A stretch of 64,000 nucleotides of DNA from Vicugna vicugna (taxonomy: Eukaryota): contig MU058444.1 in NCBI GenBank assembly GCA_013265495.1, positions 744,001-808,000 of the forward strand, in the 5' to 3' direction. A program made the position numbers and the translations under genes. Below are positions 13,681 to 26,290 of this stretch, piece after piece. A model generated the notes under the pieces. The model had not been told where the DNA came from, did no database searches, and saw only the letters and a list, made by a program, of their open reading frames with translations. Position 1 is the first letter of the stretch; the number at the start of each line of letters is the position of its first letter.

Positions 13681-15046
13681 ATAGAACCTTGGCACTGGGG
13701 GGATGTGAGGAGGGTCAGGTCAGGGCTCAGCATCTGTCCACAGATGTGCTGTTTGATCCTCAGAGGACACTGAAGTTTTCCTGAAGGTGATGCCTCTGGA
13801 CAGGACGATTGTGTTCCAATTCTCCCCAGCCTCACTGGCTCTCACAATAGTGCCGCCATATACATGTGGCTCCTTCACTCATTTCTGTACCCTGTCCTCT
13901 GAAGACCTTTGAGTTTGTGATTCCAGGTCTAGTTCAACCCTCTGTTTTTTTTTTTTTCTTCCCCCAACCCTCCACTTTTTAATTGTAGTAACCAAGGCCC
14001 AGAGAGAATGACTGTTTTTCAAGATTACCCAAATTGAGACAAAATGAGAGGTTGCCCAGCAGTGAACTTTCTCTGTGTTCAGCTTCGAGTCCACGTTACT
14101 TTTAAACAATTCTGAAAATTCAATTTTCATCATTCTTTGAGATCAAAACCTGTTCTGAACTGAGGCAGCCTATTAGTAAAATATGCACATTTCACGTCAA
14201 AAATATGTATATTTATAATAATGTGTTTGACTGTAGGTATGTTTTGTAGGTGTGTTTATAATATGGAACAGAGATCGTGTTTTTAACTTTCTGAAATATG
14301 AAAAATGTGGCATTTTGAAATAGACTTAGCACTAACATTTTAAGTAAAGGACTTTGTACAGTACACACAGACAGAAAAGGTCCTCAACAAAAAAATAAAT
14401 TACAGGAGGATTTAACTCCCAAAGAATTTAGTGGCATTAATTTCCCCTTAACTGGGGCAGTTTCCCCCAGGAAGACCCTCTCTTGGCAGTGGGAGTCCAT
14501 CACCCATCTTGAGTAAATCCCCTTTTAAGATGGCCCCAGACTGGCTTAGAATAGCCCACAGGCCTCCTTCAGGTATCTTTTACCTGGACAAACTCTGATG
14601 GTGAACAGTGGCCCCAGTGTGATGGAAAGTTCTAGCTTTCTCATCATTGTTTTTCTGCAGGCGTGGGCCTTCTATTGGTACACTGTGCCCCGCAAATCCA
14701 TATGCCAAACCCTCTAAACGCTCGAGTTTCCTCCCTCTCGCATTGTGTCTGAGTTTGGGAGAAAGGGTCCTGCAGTTACGTCCCCAAGGGAGAAGGTGTT
14801 AACGTGCCTAAGACCCAGACAAATCTCTCCAGAAGATTCCTCCATTTTCCAACAGCTCCAGGCCTTTCATACCCCCAAGATGGATAAGTCACCAAGCGTT
14901 GTGAATGGTTTCAACATAATTCTCAGCAAGTCTTGCATAGATGGTTAGCATTTTGCCTTATCGATGGAGTCATTCACACCTACTGTTTTGAGACTCATTC
15001 ATATATGAGACAGAAGAATCATTTTAGCATCCAATGACTAAATTCT

Positions 15047-15056
15047 CCTCTCTCTG

Positions 15057-15089
<33 letters not shown>
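15047..15089. repeat. (TC)n(CA)n microsatellite
   Basis: Directly visible. Confidence 0.9.
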
Positions 15090-15092
<3 letters not shown>

Positions 15093-15289
15093 TAATTTTA
15101 TTTAGAGGAAAAAGAAATCTTAGTCTTCCACTTACTTCAAATTAAAAGTAAATGTCTTTATCCTTATTTAACAAATGAAAAATATACACTGTTTCTGGTC
15201 ATCAGAGCACACAGGTACTAAAGGCTTTGGTATTTCTAGAATGTTAGTTTATTTCAAGCCGATTTTGTTGTTAGCTTGCTGGACAACTA

Positions 15290-15400
15290 GTTCACTGATT
15301 CATCCATTGACTCAAAAAATAGCTGTGTCTGTACAAGGCGTTTAGGGGACATGAAAACTAATAGGACATCGTCCTTGTTCTCAGTGATGTCAGAATGCTG
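15290..15400 (-). mobile_element. L2 3' end fragment
   Basis: ttcactgattcatccattgac and ccttgttctcagtg are typical of the reverse-complemented L2 tail. Confidence 0.45.
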
Positions 15401-15689
15401 TTGTACAAATGCGTGTAATTGTGCTAACGAGTGGTCCACATGATGACAGCAACATGAATAAAGTATGAAGGGAGTGTGGAGAGGGGAGGAAAGCGACCTC
15501 GAGGAGCAGGGGGAAATAGGAGAGGGCATGCCACAAGAGGGAGTGAAACTTGAGCAAAGCTATTCCAGATGGGGGAGTTCTGGTCGGGTGAATGGAGACA
15601 AATCTCTTCATCACTGGTCGCAATAGGAGCAGATGTGGAGGGGCACCAGCTTATGGGCCCTTCAAAGGCAATGGGTGCGCCCCACACAT

Positions 15690-15830
15690 TGGCTGCATCC
15701 TGCTAGGCACCAAACTAGACATATGTGTTATTTTTCTTCAATCCTCATTTTACAGATCAGGAAATTGAGAGTCAAAGGGATTCATTCCAATGAATTTTTC
15801 CCAAGCTTTAAGCATAAATTCAGGACTTAC
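15690..15830 (-). mobile_element. MIR fragment
   Basis: atcctcattttacagatcaggaaattgagagtcaaaggg is the reverse-complemented MIR core. Confidence 0.65.
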
Positions 15831-16744
15831 TGTCCATCATACCTTCTGCTAGACATTAGACTCACAAAGAACTCATCTGTAGTGTCATCTGTAGTTAACT
15901 CTGGTTGGCTTAAGGAGTTAATTAAGGTCATGATTTGAAAGAAGGGTGTAATAATTCACACTTTTCACTGTTTGATTTATCCAAACTGAAGTTTGAACTT
16001 AGATTTTTTTTTCCCCTCCATCACCATTAGATTTTTCTCAGAAAATAATAAAATTTAGTGCAGCCAGTGAGGAAAAGGTGACACTAGATGGCATACACAA
16101 AAGTAATTATTAACTACCAAGATCTCCCAGAGACACAAGGTGACTACCACAGCAGGTAGAAGTCTTATAAAACATAACTAGACATTTCTGTGTCACTTAA
16201 TACTTACACTTTCATTTCTTTCATAAATTATATTTAAAGGAAGAAGCGAGAACAAATAAAATCCAAGCTCTGAAGGAAATGTGGCCGTGAAGAGAGTTTC
16301 TTATTGCTATCAGTATGCTGGGGGACTGGACCAGAGTTCCAGCCAGTGGAGGGGCACTCTGAAGGTAGCTTGGAAAGGCGAGTATGATGCTCCAATGATA
16401 AATAGCCTCTGATAAAGGAGACTGGGTACAGCAGGTGCCTGAAATAGGGGAACTGTGGTAGCAGGTTGTGGGGGAGAATGGTCCCTAGAAAAATCTTTTC
16501 CTCTTTTTGCCTTGGCCACATGGAAGCAGTCCCGGGATTCATGCAACTCCTGAGATTAGAAAAAAACAATGTGCACCATCAGATAACACTAAGTATGTGA
16601 TTGGTTTTGTCATGGACAGAGCAGGATCAGATTGGAGGTTCAGTCCAGAGAGAGGCAAAATTTCATAGGCAGTTGAGATCTTCAGAGTCTTTTATGGCTC
16701 CAGAAAAAGAAAGGAAGAAAAATTGATGATTCAGTGATATTCAT

Positions 16745-16770
16745 TGTGTGTGTGTGTGTGTGTGTGTGTG
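16745..16770. repeat. (TG)13 microsatellite
   Basis: Directly visible. Confidence 0.9.
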
Positions 16771-18255
16771 CGCATGCGTACATGTACTATGTGTTGGACC
16801 ATCACGGGGCATTTATTGTCTTCCTGATTCATCATCTGTAGATTTCAGTTTCAGACTAGAGATATTTAGAGGGGATGAGAAATATTGTGGCAGTGAGTAT
16901 CAGTTATTAGTCTCCTTTTATAGCAATGGATTATGGATGGTAAATGCATTTCCCAGAAGCCATAAGGAAGGTGCTATATGCCGTTCGCTAGAAACACTTT
17001 TAAGTTGAAACCTCAATATAGCTATTATCCTTGTTGTGAAAAACTTCAGTATTAAAATTGGTTATGGAGATTCTTATGCAGGAACAATTGGTAGTTTCCC
17101 TCAAGTAAGCAAATGAGTAGAATTTTTCTTTCTAACTAATTCTTCAAGAAGTAGAACCTTCAACACATTCATAAAAGTCTTCAGAGACATGCTTTATAAG
17201 TTAAAAATAAAAGAAAGAAAAAAAGAATGCCATTAAGATGTTGATTATTTTATCAGCGATGCTATAAATTCTGCCCTCCTGAGGAGGATTAAAATATTCA
17301 TTCCAGATTGCTGTCTTAGGAAATCATATCGCTGCTCCCCGTGGAGATGGGGAGATGTCAAACCCATGAAAATCCTCTAGTATTAAGAAAACTCACATTT
17401 TTTTTCCCTAGTGGAATACTGCATTCAATATGCGGTCACATTTTGAGTGGAGCCGCGGTATTTCTCTTTCCTTCCTTGTATTTTGTTGTTGTCTAAATAG
17501 TAATGAGTCTTAAAGAAACAGAAGTAAAATACGATCCAGCATTCCCAGAAACAACACTAATTATAGAAATTTAATGTAGATTTTTTTTAAAAAAAGGAAT
17601 TTAATGTGGATTCTTAAAAATTTCCCAGAGAAATAATAAGAGCGTTGCCTTTTTTTCCCAATTCGAGCTGTCAGGGGACACAGGAGGTGAGGAGACTGTG
17701 TCGGACTCTCCCCAGGTGTGTAGTCGCCGTTTGCCATCAGAAAGACCAGTGACATTTTATATCCAATAATTATCAAAGGTAAGCCTGGTTGGGATTAATA
17801 TGATTCCACTGAGAGAAACTTGCACCAAATGATTGACACAAACTGTAGATAAATCATCCAGAATTGCTAGTTAGAAGAGGAAGATTGGAAAGAACTCTCA
17901 CTTGGCCATTTGACGCAGGTGGGATTCCCTCCCGTGGCACTCCTACCAGATCGTGATGCAGAAATCCATCAATGTAAGCGACAAAATAGTCGACACGCTT
18001 TGGAGGAAGGCAGCGTGGGGTGCCAGAAAGTTCTTCTTTATATTGAACTGAAACGTTGTTCCCTATAACATGTTTCCTTTCTTTCTGGGAGAAAGGAGAA
18101 GCCACTCTTGGTGAGAATACTTAAAAACAGCAATCATGTAATCTTCAAATCGTCACTTTTTTAGAGTATTCTGCCTCAGGTTTGTTTACGCTTTCCTTAC
18201 ATTGTATAGGCCTCAGAGTTGGTTGTCTTCTGTTTACTTTAGAAAATACTCATGT

Positions 18256-20561
18256 TCAACACCCATTTATGATAAAAACTCTCGCCAAAGTGGGTATAGA
18301 GGGAACATATCTCAACATAATAAAAGCTATATATGACAAACCTATAGCCAGAATAGTTCTCAATGGTGAAAAACTCAAAAGCTTCCCACTAAAATCTGGG
18401 ACAAGACAAGGATGCCCACTATCACCACTCCTATTCAATATAGTCCTGGAAGTCCTAGCCACAGCAATCAGGCAAGAGAAAGAAATAAAAGGGATCCAAA
18501 TTGGAAAAGAAGAGGTAAAAGTGTCATTATATGCTGACGACATGTTACTATATATAGAAAACCCTAAAAGGTCCACAAAAAAGCTACTAGAGCTGATCGA
18601 AGAATTCAGCAAGGTAGCAGGTTACAAAATTAATGTTCAAAAATCAGTTGCCTTTCTTTACACTAACGATAAATCAACAGAAAAAGAAAGTAAAGAAACA
18701 ATTCCCTTTAAAATAGCACCCAAAGTAATAAAATATCTGGGAATAAATCTAACCAAGGAGGCGAAAGAATTATACACAGAAAACTATAAACCATTGATGA
18801 AGGAAATTAAAGAAGACTTTAAAAAATGGAAAGATATTCCATGCTCTTGGATTGGAAGAATCAATATTGTTAAAATGGTCACACTGCCCAAGGCAATCTA
18901 CAGATTTAATGCAATCCCTATCCAATTACCCAGGACATATTTCACAGAACTAGAACAAATCATAATAAAATTTATATGGAACCATCAAAGACCTAGAATT
19001 GCTAAAGCATTACTGAAGAGAAAGAAAGAGGCTGGAGGAATAACTCTCCCAGACTTCAGACAATACTATAGAGCTACAGTCATCAAGACAGCATGGTATT
19101 GGTACCAAAACAGACATATAGACCAATGGAACAGAATAGAGAGCCCAGAAATGAACCCACAAACTTTTGGTCAACTCATCTTCGACAAAGGAGGCAAGAA
19201 TATACAATGGAATAAAGACAGTCTCTTCAGCAAATGGTGTTGGGAAAACTGGACAGCAGCATGTAAAACAATGAAGCTAGAACACACCCTTACACCATAT
19301 ACAAAAATCAACTCAAAATGGATTAAAGACTTAAACATAAGACAAGATACAATAAACCTCCTAGAGGAAAACATAGGCAAAACATTATCTGACATACATT
19401 TCAAAAATTTTCTCCTAGAAGAAATAAAAGCAAGAATAAACAAATGGGACCTAATGAAACTTACAAGCTTCTGCAGAGCAAAGGAAACCAGAAATAAAAC
19501 AAGAAGAAAACCTACGGAATGGGAGAAAATTTTTGCAAGTGAAACCGACAAAGGCTTGATCTCCAAAATATATAAGCAGCTCATACGACTCAATAAGAAA
19601 AAAATAAACAACCCAATCCAAAAATGGGCAGAAGACCTAAACAAGCAATTCTCCAAGGAAGACATACAAATGATCAAAAAGCACATGAAAAAATGTTCAA
19701 TATCACTAATTATCAGAGAAATGCAAATCAAAACTACAATGAGGTATCACCTCACACCAGTCAGAATGGCCGTCATTCAAAAATCCAAAAATGACAAATG
19801 CTGGAGAGGCTGTGGAGAAAGGGGAACCCTCCTACACTGCTGGTGGGAATGCAGTTTGGTGCAGCCACTATGGAAAACAGTGTGGAGATTCCTCAAAAGA
19901 CTAGGAATAGACTTACCATATGACCCAGGAATCCCACTCCTGGGCTTGTATCCAGAAGGAAATCTACTTCAGGATGACACCTGCACCCCAATGTTCATAG
20001 CAGCACTATTTACAATAGCCAAAACATGGAAACAGCCTAAATGTCCATCAACAGGTGACTGGATAAAGAAGATGTGGTATATTTATACAATGGAATACTA
20101 CTCAGCCATAAAAACCGACAACATAATGCCATTTGCAGCAACATGGATGCTCCTAGAGAATGTCATTCTAAGTGAAGTAAGCCAGAAAGAGAAAGAAAAA
20201 TACCATATGAGATCGCTCATATGTGGAATCTAAAAAACAAAAACAAACAAACAAACAAAAACAAAGCATAAATACAGGACAGAAATAGACTCATGGACAG
20301 AGAATACAGACTTGTGGTTACCAGGGGGGTAGAGGGTGGGAAGGGATAGACTGGGATTTCAAAATTGTAGAATAGATAAACAAGATTACACTGTATAGCA
20401 CAGGGAAATATACACAAAATGTTATGATAAATCACAGAGAAAAAAATGTGACAATGAGTGTGTATATGTCCATGAATGACTGAAAAATTGTGCTGAACAC
20501 TGGAATTTGACACAACACTGTAAAATGATTATGAATCAATAAAAAATGTAAAAAAAAAAAT
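18256..20561 (+). mobile_element. Young 5'-truncated LINE-1, about 2.3 kb, with poly(A) tail and 13-bp TSD
   Basis: TSD AAAATACTCATGT at 18243-18255 and 20562-20574; endonuclease-type site TTT/AGAAAA; uninterrupted ORF2 frame; G-rich 3' UTR, AATAAA and A-tail. Confidence 0.97.
18257..20233 (+). pseudogene. LINE-1 ORF2 3' half (partial reverse transcriptase plus C-terminal cysteine-rich domain), open frame
   Basis: [17 protein letters not shown] (18530-18541), YLGINL and [18 protein letters not shown] motifs. No endonuclease or RT N-terminus; the first about 25 aa of the listed ORF are flanking DNA. Confidence 0.95.
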
Positions 20562-20993
20562 AAAATACTCATGTATGTGTTTTCTAGTGACTTTCAGTAG
20601 CTACGTATAACCAGATAGATACATAGGCATATAGACAGCTATATATAAACTCATTCCATGAGCATGGAGTTTTTTAGAACAGGATTTGAATCCCTAAAGG
20701 GATCATAAATGTGCATTGACCTTTAATACGCTATAATATACACTGAGGAGTAATTTGAAATGTACTGCATTGGATTAGCCTTTAGAAAGTAAAATCGCAT
20801 ACTCTTCAATTTCTTAACTATTGTACGTAGCTTTAAAATATTGTTATAGAAAATGAGTGCTTTTTTAAGTGCTTCTTTGTTATCCTAACATGAGAATCAC
20901 CTACTCATTTGTTGAGAAAAACGTAATATAATACTTTAATTGGAATGCAAAGTATAAACTAAAATAATGTGATGTTAATACTGTAAGGTGAGT

Positions 20994-21770
20994 CTTTTTA
21001 ATTGAAGTACAGTTATTGAGGTATACAATGTGACAATTTCTGGTGTACAGCACCATGTCCCAGTCATGCATATATTTGCATGTATGTTCATATCATATTC
21101 TTTTTTATTAATGATTATTACAAGATATTGACCATGGTTCCTTGTACTATACAGAAGAAATTTGTTTTTTTAATCTGCTTTTATATATAGTGGCTAACAT
21201 TTGCAAATCTCAAACTCCCGAATTTATCCCTTCCCACCCCCTTTCACCCTGGTAACCATAAGATTGTTTACTATGTCTGAGAGTCTGTTTCCGTTTTGTA
21301 GGTGAGTTCATAGTGTCCTTTTTTTTTCTTTTTTCTTTTTTTAGATTCCACATATGAGTGATATCATATGGTATTTTTCTTTCTTTTTCTGGCTTACTTC
21401 ACTTAGAATGACGATCACTACTCATGAGATGGTATGGTACTTTTTATGGCTGAATAGTATTCCATTGTATAAAGATATCACAACTTCTTTATCCAGTCAT
21501 CTGTTGATGGACATTTAGGTTGTTTCCATGTCTTGGCTACTGTAAATAGTGCTGCTGTGAACATTGGGGTGCATGTATCTTTTCAAATTAGAGTTCCCTC
21601 TGGCTATATGTCCAGGAGTGGGATTGCTGGATCATAGGGTAAGTTTATTTTTAGTTTTTTGAGGAATCACCATATTGTTTTCCATAGTGACTGCACCAAA
21701 CTACATTCCCACCAGCAGTGTAGGAGGGTTCCCTTTACTCCACACTCTCTTCTAGCATTTATTGATCATG
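20994..21770 (-). mobile_element. L1 3' end fragment, intermediate-age class
   Basis: Starts tttttaattgaagtacagtt, then reverse-complemented 3' UTR and ORF2 end (ggagtgggattgctggatcata, ccaccagcagtgtaggagggttccc). Confidence 0.9.
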
Positions 21771-23719
21771 GAGAGTTTCAATACATAAATACTCAGTCAC
21801 AACTACACAAAAGCCATACTCAAGTAACTAAATTCTCAAATTTCTTTGTAATGAATAATTTCAAATGAAAAAAGTTGGAATATCAGAAGCCATTCCATGT
21901 AAGAAGTACAGGAACAATGAAAAGCAGAATTTTGAATGGAAATTAAAGCAAAACTACTGTTAAGATTAGTGATAATGGACCAGTACCAATTTCAACTGCA
22001 CACGGCTTTCTACCTGAGTGTCTAGTAGGACATTTGAATGTCTCGTGGAACACTAAGAAATCCTTTTTTGCATGGAACTATCCAGTGTACGATTTCTAGT
22101 GTCTTTCAGCTCCCCCTACCTTCACCCACTAGTACCTTTAACCATCTCTAATCATTAGAACAGTTGTTTTTTGCTAAAGTGCCTCCTCAGCCTTCTGCTT
22201 TTACTAGATGCTTTGATGCATTGATCTAAGCGAGTCAATGTTAATTCTATCCTCTTACTGAGGAGTACTGAGTCAAGACTCTCGGTCTCACAGCTAAGCC
22301 CATTGGCATATGAAATTCCAGTGACCACATGGGCCCCTACAAATCCATCCATGTGGTTCTATCATCTGAGAGAAAGGTCTTAGCTGGAGATAGGACAGTA
22401 AGAAATCCCAGTAAAGCAAGAAGCCTGTTGAATTCATCCTTATAGAACAATTCTCTTTTTACAACCACAATCCCTCCATGAATAAGACAATATTAGTGCT
22501 TCATATCTACTTCTTTTCCAACACACAGGATGCCCTGTAACAGTCAGAAGTAGATTATATGGATCCTTAAGGTCTGGCAGAAGAAGGAGTATCCAAAAAG
22601 CAGAAAGACCAGTATGTGAGGAGAGGAAGGAGACCTAGAGGCTGGATCTGATTCTTACACTGATGGCAGCATCTGGCCAACTCACCCAGTGGTGTCACAG
22701 CTCAGTCTTCCCAGGTGCTGTGTCGATACCGTATCAGTGTCATACGGGAGAGCTGACGACTCTGAGAGGCGGTCTGTTGGAAATACATTTAAGTCAACCC
22801 ATAATGCAGTAATCAGATGTGAAGTGAGAAAAAAGAATTCACAGTTTGAAAGATCTCCAAGATATTTCTTATTAAAATATTTTTAAAAATTCAACTTTTA
22901 TGGATGTACGCATTTAACCATTTAGTGAGTCAAGTCTGAAGTTTTTACCACGCAATTTTTTAAATAGGAATTAGAATGCATCTTTTAAACACCCGCATAA
23001 AGCTTTTCCAATAGAATGGTGTTAGTTTTCAGAGTATCTGACCACAGGAGATCAAAAAGCATTAACAGAAAACAAACAAGTTCATTTGAGATGAAAAGTA
23101 ATGCCCACTGAATAAATTTAATTGAAAAACGTAACACCACTAAATAGAAAAAGCTCTGATACTAAACACAACACAAGAACAAAATCAATAGAATAAGATG
23201 GCATTGCAGTCGATTAAATACAGGACGTAGGAACTCCTCAGAAGCTACAGAATAAAAACCCTGAATTAGAAATAGACAATCATCCAAAAAAATGCCTCTG
23301 TATCTCATATTGCCCCCAATTGTCCATAACTACCCCATTGTTATTCTAAGATCATAAATGAATAAGTAGCGTCAAAACCTGTGTAATTGAAATTGGGTGG
23401 GAATGCCAAATTAGGATCACAGCTTTGGATGCCAAATACACTTGTATCATCAGTCAGTGCTGCTGGCTACAGGGAAAAAAATAAAGGTTGACACTGTATT
23501 CAAGACAATTGCTTCCATTGTTAATATCAACCTAATTAGAAGTAAACAAGATCAAAGCAAGGCAGTCAAAAGACAGAATGACTGGGGTGCTGAAGTGAAG
23601 ATAAATTGTTAAGAACTATGAGTACAAATCAATGCATAGCCTATCTGAAATCTGATCAGCTAAAACATGCAAGTCACAGGGAAGCCACAGCAAGCCATGA
23701 ATTATGGATGGCAGGATTA

Positions 23720-23930
23720 AGACCTTATGAATGAGCCCTGCTGAGTGTGTATGCACTTACCTTGGGAAGCAGCAACCTTGGAAAAATGATCTCACCTCCA
23801 CAAGGCACTGCTTTCTCAGTTTTATAAGGACAGAGTGATACCAGCTCTTCGTGGGGTGGTTCCCATGCGATCACATACGTCAAAGCAGTTTGTAATCTGT
23901 GAGACGATACTCACATGCTGGTTTGTTACG
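23720..23930 (+). mobile_element. MIR-like SINE
   Basis: accttggaaaaatgatctcacctc, ctttctcagttttataagg and aaagcagtttgtaatctgt. Confidence 0.45.
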
Positions 23931-25158
23931 ATTTCTTTGCAACTGTTTTATCTGATTTTCTCAGTCATTACCTTTGCTCTAACCAGGGAAAGTGTTTGTT
24001 AAGGGCATAGTCAGGCAACCAAGACTGTAATCCAGCTCTTTTCAACCACTATGCAGAATACACGTCAACTCGTCTGCCTTCTTTGGACCCAGGAAGGACT
24101 CAGAAGCATAAATCATACTTTTACAATTCGATCATTATCGGATTTCTGTGCTAGTACAATAGAAAAATTAAGTGGCTTTTTATTTCCCCACAAGATAGAG
24201 ATATGGTCTCTAGGTCAGTTAGTTGAATGTATGCAATTATTATGTGTTGTTCAGTGAGTGAAATAGCTGATTGTTTTTGGAGTGTTCTTTGTTTATGCCT
24301 TACCGCTAAGTCTTAGGGTTTGAGATGAACACTTGTAGCTCCCCAGAGCAAATAAATGATAAATGGGCTTGAAAAAGCGTATGTTTTTGTGGTTTGTTTT
24401 CTTCTAAACATGAATTTTGAATTGGCTATATCAACCCGGAAGTGCTCTAAATTCTACTTTCAGCTTACGTAAATTTTTTTTTTAACAAAGAATAATGATT
24501 TACTTATTTTTATGGTAAATTACAAGTGCGTTCTGCAGGGAGACTTTCCCTGATATTCTAGCATATGGAATGTATTCCATCATGTGGCTCTTTTTTACTA
24601 CTTTGGAAATTATGATAGTAGTTCATTCATGCAAATTACTATTGAAAAGTATTCCATGTCATGTGTTTCTACATTGAATTCTACCAAAGGTAGTTTCGTC
24701 AATTAAATTACTAAAAAATGATGAAATCCTACTCATAAAATGATTCAAGAGGCAGTTCTGAAGGGAATAGGTAGCACAGAAAATTCTTATGTATTTATAT
24801 TAGTCAATCACGGGATTGTTTGACATTAATTGTTTAGAGACCATCTAGCAGCCAAAAGGAAGTTGCAATTTAAAAAACAAATGGTCCTGTTACCATTTGA
24901 ATGGGAAATTTTCTCAAAAATAAAACTTCCCTTTACTTCTAACTCTTCACATTGGATTACTTATTCGTGCAGCCGGCAAATATTTATAAGTGCCTGTGTG
25001 TGATATTAAATCAGAAATTCTTGGGGACACATTTCTACCTTTAGGTTAATAATAATCTAGCTGAAGAGGCATCTCATGTATGGAAAATATCTATAAAAAT
25101 TAAGCATATTTATAACAATATAATAACTTTGCACAATGTTTCATCATTCTCAACGCAC

Positions 25159-25290
25159 TTTTTTTTTTTGGTGGGGAAAGGTAAGTAGGCTTACTTATTA
25201 ATTTACTGTTAGAAGCGGTACTGGAGATTGAACCCAGGACCTCATGCATGCTAAGCGTGTGCTCTACCACTTAAGCTATATCTTACCCCT
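25159..25290 (-). mobile_element. tRNA-Ala-derived camelid SINE (Vic-1-like)
   Basis: Minus strand TATAGCTTAAGTGGTAGAGCACACGCTTAGCATGCATGAGGTCCTGGGTTCAATCTCCAGTACC has A and B boxes and is tRNA-Ala(AGC)-like; A-tail; TSD CTCAA(C/A)GCACTTTT at 25149-25162 and 25292-25305. Confidence 0.9.
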
Positions 25291-25584
25291 ACTCAAAGCA
25301 CTTTTGTGAATATAATTGTTTTGTTTGACCATTGCAGACAGTAGTTACCAGTGGTAAATGTTTGACACTAGTAAAGAAATGCCATGATTCAAAGAGAATT
25401 TATGACCCAGTATTGGCTAATAGTGCTCGGAGCTGAAGGAAGGATTAAAATGATGGTACCTATCACAGAAATTGAAAACAAGTTGGATCAACAGGTTGGT
25501 GGGAAGACAAATTCTTATTTAGACCTAGTGAGATTGAATTGACCATACGTTAGAAAACCTCCAGCAGGTAACTATACGTATTTA

Positions 25585-25960
25585 GAAAATAGGAAGATGG
25601 GCAAAGAACATGAACAGGCAACCAACAAAAAAGAAACTCAGATGGCCAAGAACACAATTTTTTTTTTCCAAAGAAGAAAATAAATATCTAGGAGACTGAT
25701 GAAAATTTAGATAAAAGATAGGAAACAAGTTAGAGTCAGACATGGATTTTTTAAACTCATCCACATAGTAGGAGCATTTGTATAAATTGCTACCAACAGG
25801 TCTGTAATAGTGACAACCAAAATAATAAGTTCTACAAGGCATAGTAACAGTAAGTAGCTCTTGCACTGGCAAATTATAACAGCCATTGTGAAAAGTCCAA
25901 CAACAATCTCTCAATGGAAAATTTGCCAATAGATTCTTAACAATTTACAAAAATTAGCAA
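25585..25960 (+). mobile_element. Old L1M ORF2 3' fragment
   Basis: aagatgggcaaagaacatgaacaggca and cagatggccaagaacac match the L1 KWAKDMNR region. Confidence 0.55.
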
Positions 25961-26107
25961 AAAGAAAGGCTACAGAAAGGGTTCATTTTACTGGTCACAG
26001 TTCTGTTGTTTCCTGAGCAGACTGAAGAGGCTCATTCCCAGAACTGGGGGAGCCTTTGTTTGGATTTGCTCTAAATTCTTTCACCTCCCAAAAATAATGA
26101 TTGTTCA

Positions 26108-26290
26108 ATAATACAAACAAAAAGGACCTATGGTATAGCACAGGGAGCTGTATTACATGTCTTTTAATAACCTACAATGGAAACGAATCTGAAAAAGAAT
26201 ATATATGCATATTTAAATCACTTTGCTGTACATCTGAAACTAACACATTATAAATCAACTATAAGTCAATGAATAATAATAATAATAATA
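26108..26290 (+). mobile_element. Short L1 3' UTR insertion, older class, with (AAT)n tail
   Basis: aaggacctatggtatagcacaggg and aatcactttgctgtacatctgaaactaacacattataaatcaactat. Confidence 0.85.

Noticed and set aside
19171..19731. 186-aa antisense ORF
   Set aside because: Antisense frame of A-rich L1 ORF2; such hydrophobic antisense ORFs are a routine by-product.
18182..20233. 683-aa ORF as a functional or domesticated reverse transcriptase gene
   Set aside because: It begins at a TTG in flanking DNA. The L1 part starts at QHPFM, downstream of RT motif A (IDAEKAFD) with its catalytic Asp, and there is no endonuclease. The open frame is explained by recent insertion.
25210..25290. Genuine tRNA-Ala genes (also at about 51.0, 52.0 and 53.0 kb)
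   Set aside because: They have A-rich tails, SINE tail modules, disrupted stems and, in two cases, clear TSDs, so they are SINEs.
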